A stretch of DNA of 55,837 bases from contig JAISNU010000042.1 in the NCBI GenBank assembly GCA_031276075.1, positions 1 through 55,837 of the forward strand. Direction: 5' to 3'. A model generated the notes under the pieces. The model worked only from the letters and a program-made list of their open reading frames with translations, made no database searches and was not told where the DNA came from. Position numbers and translations under genes: made by a program. This stretch comes from Campylobacteraceae bacterium (GTDB lineage Bacteria; Campylobacterota; Campylobacteria; Campylobacterales; Campylobacteraceae). Positions 19,932 to 29,342 of the stretch are shown one piece after another (position 1 is the stretch's first letter; every line of letters starts with the position of its first letter).

Positions 19932-20286
19932 TTGTTGAGTTAATAAGCGTTGTATTGAAATTTGGTTACGCTTGCAAACAAAGAAATAATTTCTTAGTTG
20001 AACCAAAACAAGCATTGTATTAAAATTAAATAAAGTTTGGAAAATAGAGTGCATTATCTGCATGAACCAAAACAAGCGTTGTATTTAAATTTGATAAAAC
20101 CTCTTAGAGGATTAACTTCGTCTTTCATGAACGCAATGGCGGGCGCGGTGGGCGCGGGCGGACTTGGTTAGGGGATTAACTTCGTCTTTCATGAACCAAA
20201 ACAAGCGTCGTATTGAAATTGTCTCCTCTTTTTGTAAAATAATAAGCGAATAACTCCATGAACCGATACAAGCGTTGTATTTCCCC
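19932..20286 (+). CRISPR. Degenerate orphan CRISPR-like array (6 units, 30-nt repeat, 34-37-nt spacers)
   Basis: Repeat consensus is CATGAACCAAAACAAGCGTTGTATTGAAAT. Copies: 19932-19961 (only the 3' 17 nt conserved), 19997-20026, 20061-20090, 20126-20155 (only CATGAAC kept, the rest replaced by G-rich sequence), 20190-20219, and 20257-20286 (3' end degenerate). Spacers are 35, 34, 35, 34 and 37 nt. The repeat has an internal palindrome (CAAAACAA-GCG-TTGTATTG) and ends in ATTGAAAT. No cas genes are in the window and the repeats carry many SNPs, hence the low confidence. Confidence 0.4.
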
Positions 20287-20306
20287 CGTCATTTTTACGC
20301 CTGCCT

Positions 20307-20440
20307 CCGTCATTGCGAGGAGTGTAACGACGAAGCAATCCATAATCATGAATAAAACAATTATTTAGTTCCCTGCAATAAACTCTTTTTGTTATTGTAA
20401 GGTATGGATTGCCGCGACACTTTGTGTCTCGCAATGATGA
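20307..20440. mobile_element. MITE/BIME-like composite, core family 2 (short variant)
   Basis: The core ATAATCATGAATAAAACAATTATTTAG...TTATTGTAAGGTA aligns with the 3' part of the family-2 cores. It appears to lack the segment between two CAATCC direct repeats. Confidence 0.5.
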
Positions 20441-20550
20441 AAAAAAATGTCATTACAAAATTCTGTCATTGCGAGGAGTGCGAAGCACAACGAAGCAATC
20501 CATAACTGCGCATAAGACAAATTTCCGTTTTTACAGGAATAACAACCTCT

Positions 20551-20753
20551 GTCATTGCGAGCTTACGAAGTCAGCGCGGCAATCCAGAAGAATAAAAAAA
20601 TCAACAAAACAATACAAAAAAATCCAAATATTCAAAAATATAATTATCAACCAAAAATTTAAATTATTTCATATTTTTTTTAATTGTAATATTTCGATGT
20701 TTATAATACTTCGCGTATTTGGATTGCTGCGCCGCAAGCGGCTCGCAATGATG
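20551..20753. mobile_element. MITE/BIME-like composite, core family 3
   Basis: Forward arm, then core AATAAAAAAATCAACAAAACAATACAAAAAAATCCAAATATTCAAAAATATAATTATCAACC...TTATAATACTTCGCGTATT, then reverse arm. Confidence 0.55.
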
Positions 20754-20776
20754 AAAAAAACTAAACCTCCTCCCTT

Positions 20777-20936
20777 CCGTCATTGCGAGGAGTGTAACGA
20801 CGAAGCAATCCAGAAATAATATAAAAACAATCCATAATCATAAACAAAGGCAGTTATTCATTTTTCTAAAATGGTGCTATTTCATTATTGTAAAATATGG
20901 ATTGCCGCGCCAATTATATTGGTTCGCAATGACGGA
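20777..20936. mobile_element. MITE/BIME-like composite, core family 2
   Basis: Forward arm, then core AAATAATATAAAAACAATCCATAATCATAAACAAAGGCAGTTATTCATTTTTCTAAAATGGTGCTATTTCATTATTGTAAAATA, then reverse arm. Confidence 0.55.
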
Positions 20937-21173
20937 GGAAGTGCTTTTTGCTTCATTATTTTTTTCTACAATGACAAAAAAAGAACTTCTATGAAAGGTA
21001 TAGATTGCTTCGTCCTACCACGCTTCGCTCGTAGTCCTCGCAATGACGGAGAAAAATTGTCATTACAAAATTTCATCATTGCGAGCTGACGAAGTCAGCG
21101 CGGCAATCTAGTTATTGCTATAAATGAAATGGCGACGCAATCCGCACTTTTCATCATGTAAGCGTCCCCTTCT

Positions 21174-21308
21174 GTCATTGCGAGGAGTGCGAAGCACAAC
21201 GAAGCAATCCAGAAAAACAGCATAAAAACAATCCATAATCATAAATAAAAATAGCTATTCATTTTTTTAAATGATACTATTTCATTATTGTAAAGTGCGG
21301 CAATCCAG
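21174..21308. mobile_element. Core family 2 composite, right arm replaced or truncated
   Basis: Same core as 20777-20936 and 54395-54552. It ends ...TTGTAAAGTGCGGCAATCCAG, a forward-arm 3' half, instead of a reverse arm. Confidence 0.45.
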
Positions 21309-21417
21309 AACCTAAAAAGGCAAAAATATTATTGATAATATAAAGAGTGTCGATTTTAATCGTAATTTATCCCTTTTTTGATAAAATCGCAGCTTATCTA
21401 CTTTCAAAGGAAAAATT

Positions 21418-22269
21418 TTGCAGGCGAAAATCCAAAAAGCGCAAATCCTCCTTGACGCGCTCCCTTACATAAAGCAGTTCAGAAACAAAACGATAGTCAT
21501 AAAATACGGCGGCGCAGCGCAGGTAAATGCGGATTTGAAAGACAAATTTGCGCAGGATATCGTGCTTTTGTATCTTGTAGGTATCCGTATCATCATAGTC
21601 CATGGCGGCGGGAAAAGTATAAATTCTATTTTGGACAGGCTGAATATCAAAAGCGGCTTCGTGGACGGACTTCGCGTAACGGACGAAAAAGTCATGGAAG
21701 TGGTTGAAATGGTTTTAAGCGGAAATATCAACAAAGAAATCACAACGCTTTTGAACCATCACGGCGCGAAAGCTATCGGCATCACGGGAAAAGATGCCAA
21801 TTTTATAAAAGCGCGCGCGGTTGATGGCGGGAAATACGGACTTGTCGGGCAGATAACGGAAGTTGATGATAGCGTTTTAAACAATCTCATAGATGAAAAA
21901 TTTGTACCCGTTATTGCTCCTATAGCTTCCGGTGATGAGCCTTCGCATCCGGGATATAATATAAACGCAGATTTGGCGGCAAGCAAAATCGCCGTTAGCG
22001 TGCGGGCGAAAAAAGTGATATTTTTGACCGATACTTTGGGAGTTTTGGACAAAAACGGAAAGCTTTTGTCAAAACTTGAGCGCACGGAAATAGAGGCTTT
22101 GAAAGAAAACGGCACGATAAGCGGCGGGATGATACCTAAAATCGACGCTTGCATGGAGGCGATAAAAGGCGGCGTGGAAAATGCCCACATCATTGACGGA
22201 CGCATAGAACACTCCATACTTTTGGAGCTTTTTACAAACGAAGGCATAGGAACCATAATAAAACAATGA
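21418..22269 (+). CDS. argB: Acetylglutamate kinase
   Basis: IVIKYGG, VHGGG, GLVG.I..V, NINAD. TTG start. Confidence 0.9.
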   Translation: MQAKIQKAQILLDALPYIKQFRNKTIVIKYGGAAQVNADLKDKFAQDIVLLYLVGIRIIIVHGGGKSINSILDRLNIKSGFVDGLRVTDEKVMEVVEMVLSGNINKEITTLLNHHGAKAIGITGKDANFIKARAVDGGKYGLVGQITEVDDSVLNNLIDEKFVPVIAPIASGDEPSHPGYNINADLAASKIAVSVRAKKVIFLTDTLGVLDKNGKLLSKLERTEIEALKENGTISGGMIPKIDACMEAIKGGVENAHIIDGRIEHSILLELFTNEGIGTIIKQ

Positions 22270-22583
22270 GTTATATCATAATTTTTACGACAACTCCCGA
22301 TAAGGAGTCGGCGCAGAAAATAGCAGACAAACTGCTTGAAAAAAATTTAGCCGCATGTATTGGTTTTGCGAGCGTTTTTTCAAATTATAAATGGCATGGG
22401 CGCATTTGCAAAGAAGAAGAGATAGAGCTTCATATCAAAACAAAAGCTAAAAACTATAAAAAAGTTGAAAAACTTGTCAAATCTCTTCATTCATACGAAA
22501 CGCCGCAAATCATAGCTGTGAAGATAGCGCGAGGTTTTGACGGCTATCTTAAATGGATTGATAAAACTTTAAAGGCTGATTGA
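22266..22583 (+). CDS. cutA: Divalent-cation tolerance protein CutA
   Basis: 105 aa. LAACI, W.G....EE..L.IKT, HSYETPQIIA. Confidence 0.8.
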   Translation: MSYIIIFTTTPDKESAQKIADKLLEKNLAACIGFASVFSNYKWHGRICKEEEIELHIKTKAKNYKKVEKLVKSLHSYETPQIIAVKIARGFDGYLKWIDKTLKAD

Positions 22584-24055
22584 TGATGTTTACAGGAACA
22601 AGAGGAAACGACGGGAAAAATCCCGAAAAAGTTGATTTTTCATACGCAATGTTAAATCCGAGTGCGGGCTTCGGCGGGCTTTATTCGCCTGAAATTTTGC
22701 CAAAATTTGATAAAGATTTTTTTACGCGCGCGGCAAAGAAAAACTATAAAGAGCTGGCGTTAGAGATTTTGAAACTTTTTAGCGTGGATGTGGAAGAGGG
22801 CGTTTTAAAAGAGGCTTTGGATTTATACGACAAATTTGACGACAAAAATTCTCCTGCGCCGCTTGTTAAAGTCAAATCAGACCTCTTTGTAAACGAGCTT
22901 TATCATGGACCAACGCGCGCTTTTAAGGATATGGCGCTTCAGCCTTTCGGGTATATTTTTTCATATTTGGCAAAAAAACGAGATGAAAAATATTTGATTT
23001 TGGCAGCGACAAGCGGCGACACAGGACCAGCAACGCTTAATACTTTTGAAAATAAGGAAAATATAAAAGTAGTCTGCTTGTATCCAAGCGGCGGCACAAG
23101 CGATGTACAGCGGCTGCAAATGGTAACGGCAGCGGGTAAAAATTTGAAAGTTATCGGCATTAAAGGCAATTTTGACGATGCGCAAAACGCGCTAAAATCG
23201 TTGCTTGCATCAGAAACTTTCAAAGAGGATTTAAAAAAACAAAACATAAACCTGAGCGCGGCAAATTCGGTAAACTTTGGACGGATAATATTTCAAATAA
23301 TTTACCATGTATCAAGTTATATTGAACTGCTAAAGCGAAATGAGCTGAAAGAGGGCGAAAAATTTTACATAACAGTTCCAAGCGGGAATTTCGGCAATGC
23401 TTTGGGGGCTTATTATGCAAAAAAGATGGGCTTGCCTGTGGAAAAGATTTTGATAGCTTCAAATATCAACAATATACTGACCGAGCTTTTCACAACCGGC
23501 GTTTATGATATCAGCAAAAAAGAGCTTTTGCAAAGCGTCTCTCCCGCGATGGATATCTTGATATCCTCAAATGTAGAGCGAGTTTTATTTGATAAATTTG
23601 GCGCAAAAAGATGTAAAGAATTAATGAGCGAGCTGTCTTGCAAAAGATTATATTCATTAAGCAAAGAGGAGTTGGAAGCGCTAAGAGAAGATTTTGATGC
23701 GGTATATTCGGATGATGAGTTTGCGCTGAAAACCATAGCCGAATTTGCCAAAAAGGGTTATGTGTTAGACCCGCACACGGCTGCATGCGTCAAAGCGTAT
23801 AGAACAATAAAACAAAAAGATATCCCATGCGTCATATGTTCGACGGCGGAATGGACAAAATTTGCGCCCACGATGTGGAATGCTTTGCAAAATAATAAAT
23901 GCGGCGACAAAGAAGCTCTTGAAAATTTCAGCAAAACCTTGAAAGTAGGTATCCCTGAGTGTATAAGTTCACTTTTTGAAAAAGAGATAAAACACACTGA
24001 TGTTATTGACAAATCTCAAATCCAAAAGTATATAACAGATTTTTTAAAAGGCTAA
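22583..24055 (+). CDS. thrC: Threonine synthase (long form)
   Basis: HGPTRAFKDMALQ (PLP lysine), SGDTGPA, VPSGNFGN. An ATG at 22583 or 22586 is preferred over the TTG at 22580. Confidence 0.9.
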   Translation: MMFTGTRGNDGKNPEKVDFSYAMLNPSAGFGGLYSPEILPKFDKDFFTRAAKKNYKELALEILKLFSVDVEEGVLKEALDLYDKFDDKNSPAPLVKVKSDLFVNELYHGPTRAFKDMALQPFGYIFSYLAKKRDEKYLILAATSGDTGPATLNTFENKENIKVVCLYPSGGTSDVQRLQMVTAAGKNLKVIGIKGNFDDAQNALKSLLASETFKEDLKKQNINLSAANSVNFGRIIFQIIYHVSSYIELLKRNELKEGEKFYITVPSGNFGNALGAYYAKKMGLPVEKILIASNINNILTELFTTGVYDISKKELLQSVSPAMDILISSNVERVLFDKFGAKRCKELMSELSCKRLYSLSKEELEALREDFDAVYSDDEFALKTIAEFAKKGYVLDPHTAACVKAYRTIKQKDIPCVICSTAEWTKFAPTMWNALQNNKCGDKEALENFSKTLKVGIPECISSLFEKEIKHTDVIDKSQIQKYITDFLKG

Positions 24056-24058
24056 ATT

Positions 24059-24775
24059 ATGATAATCATTCCCGCCCGTCTCGCCTCTACAAGATTTCCA
24101 AATAAAATTTTGACCGATATATTCGGGCTTCCGATGGTCATAAAAACGGCTAAAGCGGTTGAACAAATAGATGATGCAGTTATTGCAGCGGATAACGAAG
24201 AGGTGGTAAAAATTGCGCAAAAGTACGGCATAAAGGCGATTTTAACAAGCGTAAACCACCAAAGCGGCACGGACAGGATAAATGAAGCCGCGCAAAAACT
24301 AAATCTAAGCGAAAACGAGATAGTTATAAATGTGCAGGCTGACGAGCCGTTTATAGAAAAAGAAGCGGTTTTAGCTCTGCGAAAAAGAGTTGAAGAGTTG
24401 AGAGAAAAAAGCGAATGGGTTATGGCGAGCTGTTATAAAAAAATCACCAAAAATGAAGCGTTTGATGCAAATCTTGTCAAAGTAGTAGTAGGCGAAAATC
24501 AAAACGCGCTTTATTTTTCAAGGTCGCTTATCCCGTACGATAGAGAAAATGCAGGCGCGCAATATTTTGGGCATTTGGGGCTTTACGGCTTTACATTCCG
24601 CTCTTTGCAGAGCTTTTGCAAATTTCCTCCCGCTTTGCTTGAACAGATAGAAAAATTGGAACAATTACGCGCTTTATATCACAATAAAACGATAAGTATG
24701 GTGGAAGTTGAAAGTAAAAGCTTCGGCATAGATACAAAAGAGGATTTAACGCGGGCGTTGGAGATATTTGCTTGA
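24059..24775 (+). CDS. kdsB: 3-deoxy-manno-octulosonate cytidylyltransferase
   Basis: MIIIPARLASTRFPNK, SGTDRI, NVQADEPFI. Confidence 0.9.
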   Translation: MIIIPARLASTRFPNKILTDIFGLPMVIKTAKAVEQIDDAVIAADNEEVVKIAQKYGIKAILTSVNHQSGTDRINEAAQKLNLSENEIVINVQADEPFIEKEAVLALRKRVEELREKSEWVMASCYKKITKNEAFDANLVKVVVGENQNALYFSRSLIPYDRENAGAQYFGHLGLYGFTFRSLQSFCKFPPALLEQIEKLEQLRALYHNKTISMVEVESKSFGIDTKEDLTRALEIFA

Positions 24776-25031
24776 GATAGCGAAATGGCAAGAGGATTTG
24801 CTTAAAGTGACTGTTTTATTGATAATAGCGTTTATTATTTGCATTCTATTTTTCAGGATAATCGCAGGTATAGCTTTGATTATTTTGGGAATTTGGCTCG
24901 AGATAGTATGGCTTGGGATATGCTTTGGCAGCATTATACTCGGCATCGTTTTACTGTTGTGCGCTCCTCATATATTAACATTACCTCTTATCGTTTGTGA
25001 AATTGGCTTGGAAGTGATGAAGGGCAACTAA
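24768..25031 (+). CDS. Small hydrophobic membrane protein (hypothetical)
   Basis: Three predicted TM helices. Only TTG (24768) or GTG start codons are available, and the ORF overlaps the kdsB stop. No family recognised. Confidence 0.45.
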   Translation: MLEIAKWQEDLLKVTVLLIIAFIICILFFRIIAGIALIILGIWLEIVWLGICFGSIILGIVLLLCAPHILTLPLIVCEIGLEVMKGN

Positions 25032-25259
25032 TGAAAGTTTAAGGATTGAAATGCGGCTACGAGGCTGCTATTTATTATTTCTGCGGCTGAAGCGAAGCGC
25101 ATATTGTGATGGCAAGCCAGAATCCAGTCGTTATAATAAATAAGCCGAAAAATTTCCTTTCAGTCATTGCGAGCTGCTGAAAAGAAGCGAAAGTTTTTTG
25201 CAAAGCAAAATGTTTCCTATGCAAAATATATTCTATAAAGCAGTGCGGCAGTTTCTCTT

Positions 25260-25441
25260 CCGTCATTGCGAGCGAAGCGCGGCAATCCAAAAATAAAAAA
25301 ATCAACGAAATAATACAGAGAAATTCAAATATCCAAACATGTAAATTATCAACTTCAAATTTAAGTCTTTCATGTTTCATAACGCTTCGCGCATGTGGAT
25401 TGCTTCGTCAGTCGTTACACTCCTTCCCTCGCAATGACGGA
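25260..25441. mobile_element. MITE/BIME-like composite, core family 3
   Basis: Core AAAATAAAAAAATCAACGAAATAATACAGAGAAATTCAAATATCCAAACATGTAAATTATCAAC...CATAACGCTTCGCGCATG lies between inverted arms. Confidence 0.55.
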
Positions 25442-25489
25442 ATTACCGCTTTATTTACATGGTAGAATCCATGCAGACACAATCTTTTT

Positions 25490-25635
25490 CGTCATTGCGA
25501 GGGAAGCGCGGCAATCTAGAATTTACAATAATAAAAAAGTATTAATAATACATAAAACCGACTTTTTGTTTACATGTATGGATTGTTTTATATTATTTTC
25601 TGGATTGTCGCGCCGCAAGCGGCTCGCAATGACGA
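25490..25635. mobile_element. MITE/BIME-like composite, core family 1 variant
   Basis: Core AATTTACAATAATAAAAAAGTATTAATAATACATAAAACCGACTTTTTGTTTACATGTA. It is near-identical to 25838-25992. Confidence 0.55.
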
Positions 25636-25837
25636 AAAAGAGGACTTGAATGATGAAAAATATGGATTGTTTTGTTATTGTATTTTTCGCAATAGATGGA
25701 TTGCTTCGTTGCGTTTCGCACTCCTCGCAATGGCGGAACAATGTTATTTTTGTTTGCATGGATTAAATTTTACACAATGACCTATTTTTTGTTATACCCG
25801 CGCAGGCGGGAATCCAGAAAACAAGAAAACATATTTT

Positions 25838-25992
25838 GTCATTGCGAGCTGACGAAGTCAGCGTAACAATCTAGAATTTACAATAATAAAAAAGTATTAA
25901 TAATACATAAAACCGACTTTTTTGTTTACATGTATGGATTGTTTTATATTATTTTCTGGATTGCCGCGCCACAAGCGGCTTGCAATGACGGA
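25838..25992. mobile_element. MITE/BIME-like composite, core family 1 variant (duplicate of 25490-25635)
   Basis: The core and right arm are almost identical to the copy about 350 bp upstream. Confidence 0.55.
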
Positions 25993-26368
25993 AGGGTATT
26001 TACAAATAATAAATGGATTGCTTCGTCGTGCTTCGCACTCCTCGCAATGACGGAATCGATTATTATTATTTTTGTTTGTGTGGATTATTTCTTGTTCGGT
26101 ACTTATCGCAATAATAAAAGGAATGTTCGCATGATGAAAAGTGTGGATTGTTTTGTTATTACATTTCCCGCAATAACAAAATAGAAAAAGATAAAACTCC
26201 GATGATATTAATATTCTTAGCAGACTGCGCTTCGCTCGCAATGACTGAGGAAAGGACTTGCATGATGAAAGGAGTGGATTATTTCGTTATTTTATTGTAA
26301 TGACGCAAAAATGAATACATGTTCATGTAAGAGTGTAAAAATGCAGAATATAATTTGAAAATTTAGCT

Positions 26369-26980
26369 TTATCCGTCTTGATTTACGGCTATCAATTCGT
26401 CTCTTAGCCTATCCAAAAACTCCTGTTTTGTTTCGCCCTCTTTTAATTTTACGGCATTTCCGACAGTAAGAGCGCAAAGAAAAGGCAGAGGGATAAAATG
26501 TCCCTTGGGCATAACTCTTTTTAAATTATCGAGCCAAATCGGAACTATCTCAATATCGGGATTTTCTTTTGCCAACAAGTAAATTCCCGCCTTAAAAGGC
26601 AGCAAGTTATCCTCCTTATTTCTTGTGCCCTCAGGAAATATGATAATGGAATAACCGTCTTTTAACGCTTCAAATACGGGTTTTAGCGGGTTTATGGTTT
26701 TTGCGTTTCTATCAACCAAAACCGCGTTGAACATTTTATGTATCATAAATCTATGAATGGGCGTTTTTGTCCAATAATCCGCCGCCGCAATAGCCCTTGT
26801 GTTTTCTCGTATCCGTTTTGGAAGAGCCGACCAAATAAGCACAAAGTCGGCATGAGAGCTGTGATTGGCGTAATATATCCGCTGTTTTTCAAGAGGTTCG
26901 CATCCTCTCCAGATGAGCCTTACGCCTGTGAGAATTTTTGCAAAAGTTATCAGCAAAACTACGCAAACTTTATCAAACAT
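26369..26980 (-). CDS. Lysophospholipid (1-acyl-glycerol-3-phosphate-type) acyltransferase family protein
   Basis: HX4D motif NHSSHADF. FPEGTR motif IIIFPEGTRNK. 203 aa. Confidence 0.8.
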   Translation of the reverse strand: MFDKVCVVLLITFAKILTGVRLIWRGCEPLEKQRIYYANHSSHADFVLIWSALPKRIRENTRAIAAADYWTKTPIHRFMIHKMFNAVLVDRNAKTINPLKPVFEALKDGYSIIIFPEGTRNKEDNLLPFKAGIYLLAKENPDIEIVPIWLDNLKRVMPKGHFIPLPFLCALTVGNAVKLKEGETKQEFLDRLRDELIAVNQDG

Positions 26981-26989
26981 AAAAATCCT

Positions 26990-28744
26990 TTAATTGCGCA
27001 CAGCGATGGAAACCGTAAAAATTCCCCAAATATCAATACGCATCGTTATCTTTGTAAATCCCGCGTTTTGCACTAACTGATCCAACTCTCTTGTCGTTCG
27101 TCTGCGCATAACCCACGGTTTACCGCCTTGATGGCTCGGTAAAACTCTTGCTATATATTCAAGCTGCGGATGCCACGGCTGTCCCGTGTATATAAGAAAA
27201 CTGCCGCTTTGCATTGAAGAGGCTAAACCTTCAAGAGAGTTTTTTATCATGTCGTTATCGCTGAACAATTCATACAAGCCCGAAACTATCGCAAGCGTTG
27301 GTTTAGTTTCTAAAGACGCAAGAGAGTTTTTGTCAAATGCGTCTCCATGTTCAAACTTCACAACTTTGTCAAGATTTTTAGCTTTTATTAACTCTTGTCC
27401 GTTTTTGACATTTATTTCGCTAAAATCTCTAAGCAAAACGGAATTTGGCAAAGGTTTCATTTGGCTGACGCTGTCCAACACATATCTTCCTCCGCCTGCG
27501 GCTATATCAACGATATCTACGCTTTTGCCTTCATCTCTTAACTTTTTTACGCAAAATCTTAAAAGCTCTTCCAAGTGGATTTTGCGTACTCTGATGCCGC
27601 GCCAGCCGATTGACCTTAGATAGATAAAATCCACAAACGCGCCAAATTCAGTATCGCCTGAGGGTTGGTTTTTATAAACATAATCAAGCGAACTTCCGGA
27701 GTCAAATCCTCTCTCAAAGCCCAATTTAACGCCGTCTGATACCAAGCTTGCGTATTTGACAAGAGATCTGTTAATGTCCCAATAAATGTTTTTAAAAAAT
27801 CCCGCGCTCATGGACAACTTGTCAGCCTCCGCTCTTGTATAGCCTATCTTGTCGGCGTCCAAAAGAGACGGAAATTCAGGCGCGCTTTCAAAACATTTCA
27901 GTATAAATCTTTTTATCTTTTCCATTGCCAAGCGCCGCTCTTTTTCGCTGAAAATATCGTGATAAAAGCCGGGCATTTCATGGCATTCTTTTTGCGGGCT
28001 GCTTAAATTATTAAAAAATCTTTTTTGCGCGCCTTTTTTTACCACAAAATCCTTTCCGGCTATGAACATTTGTATCGGCGTATAGATAGCGTTTGCGTCT
28101 TCAACGACTCTTTTTGAAGCTGCGTTTGCTCCCAATAAAATCTTTACGGGTATATCTTTTGTGATTTCTTCATCTTTGTTATAAGAGTCTATTCTATCTT
28201 TATCATGCGTTAAATACGAAGCTTTGACATAGCTTTTGACTTTGAAATTGCCTCTTAAATTGTATAATAAATTCAATCCGCTCAAAGCAAACGGCACAAA
28301 AAGTCTGATATTAAACGCGCATGCTCCCAAAACCAAAGCCCTTATGTTCGGCGCATAATCATGCGCCCACAAAGCCGCCGCAACCGCGCCGATACTTTGC
28401 GCTATAACGGCTATATTTTCTTCTTTTATGTTATAACTGTTTTTGATATGCTCTACGAAATATTGCAAATCTTTGGCAAAGTCGGCAAACTCCGCGTTAT
28501 CAGCATTTTGCGATTTTGATTTGCCGCATCCTCTCATATCCCATGCGAAAAATTCAAACTCGTCAAGTTCCAATTCGTCTGTTAAATGCGCAATTCTCAA
28601 AGAGTGTTCATGCCCTCTATGAAGCAAAATAACGGCTTTTTTACCGCCGCTTTGCGTTTTGCCCGCCCAATATTTGTAATGTATATCGCTTCCATCGAAG
28701 CTTTTAAAACTAGCACTATTCATTTTCCGCCTTTTTAAGAGCAT
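26990..28744 (-). CDS. Fusion protein: N-terminal alpha/beta-hydrolase (lysophospholipase-like) and C-terminal class I SAM-dependent methyltransferase
   Basis: N-half: HRGHEHS, nucleophile-elbow-like IAQSIGAV, late HD (FYHDIF). C-half: motif I VDIAAGGGRY, plus DFSE, HGDAFD and SGLYELF. The start may instead be the internal ATG (MNSASF...). Confidence 0.75.
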   Translation of the reverse strand: MLLKRRKMNSASFKSFDGSDIHYKYWAGKTQSGGKKAVILLHRGHEHSLRIAHLTDELELDEFEFFAWDMRGCGKSKSQNADNAEFADFAKDLQYFVEHIKNSYNIKEENIAVIAQSIGAVAAALWAHDYAPNIRALVLGACAFNIRLFVPFALSGLNLLYNLRGNFKVKSYVKASYLTHDKDRIDSYNKDEEITKDIPVKILLGANAASKRVVEDANAIYTPIQMFIAGKDFVVKKGAQKRFFNNLSSPQKECHEMPGFYHDIFSEKERRLAMEKIKRFILKCFESAPEFPSLLDADKIGYTRAEADKLSMSAGFFKNIYWDINRSLVKYASLVSDGVKLGFERGFDSGSSLDYVYKNQPSGDTEFGAFVDFIYLRSIGWRGIRVRKIHLEELLRFCVKKLRDEGKSVDIVDIAAGGGRYVLDSVSQMKPLPNSVLLRDFSEINVKNGQELIKAKNLDKVVKFEHGDAFDKNSLASLETKPTLAIVSGLYELFSDNDMIKNSLEGLASSMQSGSFLIYTGQPWHPQLEYIARVLPSHQGGKPWVMRRRTTRELDQLVQNAGFTKITMRIDIWGIFTVSIAVRN

Positions 28745-29318
28745 TTTTTACTCTGTTGAAAATTGTTAAACAAAGCAGTATTGCAACCGCTAAAAGTATA
28801 TAGTCTATAAAATTTAAAAATATGCCGGCTCCTGCTATAACGCCTAAAACCCCAAATACAAAAGCCCTGTCGCTTTTCCCCATAGGTCCGTCATATCTGC
28901 GCTCTTTTCCTATCAAAGGCGCCATAACGCCCGCATATTCGCTGATAATAGATAAAATAACAACGGCTGCGACAAGCTGCGCGTTTGCCGTTAAAGCAAA
29001 AATAATATACAAAGCGCAGTCCGATACCACATCGCAAAGTTCGTTCAGATATGCTCCAAGATCGCTTTTTTGATTAAATTCGCGAGCCAGCATCCCGTCG
29101 ATTGCATTCAGTGCCATTCGTATAAACATCCAAACAGGAATGAGATAAAAAAGCCATTTTATTTGGGCGTTTTGCCAGATAATAAAACTCACTGCCAAAG
29201 AGCCGAAAAGCGCGAAAAGCGTTACATGATTTGCGGTAATTTTTATTTTATATAACCGCTTCACCAGAGGACGAAGCAGATTTTGGAATTTCTGTTTTAA
29301 TTGATATATTGATGCCAA
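28716..29318 (-). CDS. CDP-alcohol phosphatidyltransferase family protein
   Basis: Signature D-G-x2-A-R-x8-G-x3-D-x3-D is present as DGMLAREFNQKSDLGAYLNELCDVVSD. 200 aa, multi-TM. Confidence 0.85.
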   Translation of the reverse strand: MASIYQLKQKFQNLLRPLVKRLYKIKITANHVTLFALFGSLAVSFIIWQNAQIKWLFYLIPVWMFIRMALNAIDGMLAREFNQKSDLGAYLNELCDVVSDCALYIIFALTANAQLVAAVVILSIISEYAGVMAPLIGKERRYDGPMGKSDRAFVFGVLGVIAGAGIFLNFIDYILLAVAILLCLTIFNRVKNALKKAENE

Positions 29319-29342
29319 CTTTACTCTCCTTAATAAAAAAAT

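Larger units (their letters stand above)
20283..21315. repeat. Hairpin-repeat island C (about 16 arms), directly abutting the CRISPR-like array
   Basis: Forward arms at 20307-20342, 20463-20502, 20551-20587, 20777-20813, 21074-21110 and 21174-21212. Reverse arms at 20405-20440, 20721-20753, 20898-20936 and 21001-21050. Several half-arms are also present. Confidence 0.9.
25081..26305. repeat. Hairpin-repeat island D (about 19 arms, many degenerate)
   Basis: Forward arms at 25260-25289, 25490-25519 and 25838-25874. Reverse arms at 25396-25441, 25601-25635, 25696-25737, 25958-25992, 26014-26055 and about 26220-26248. AT-rich degenerate reverse arms (TGGATTGTTTTGTTATT...CGCAATA) are also present. 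Confidence 0.9.

Noticed and set aside
19932-20286. A type II (Cas9) interpretation of the array, with a tracrRNA nearby.
   Set aside because: I found no anti-repeat complementary to the 30-mer in the flanks. The 30-nt repeat, its internal palindrome and the ATTGAAAT end fit type I/III-like repeats better. No cas9 is present in the window.
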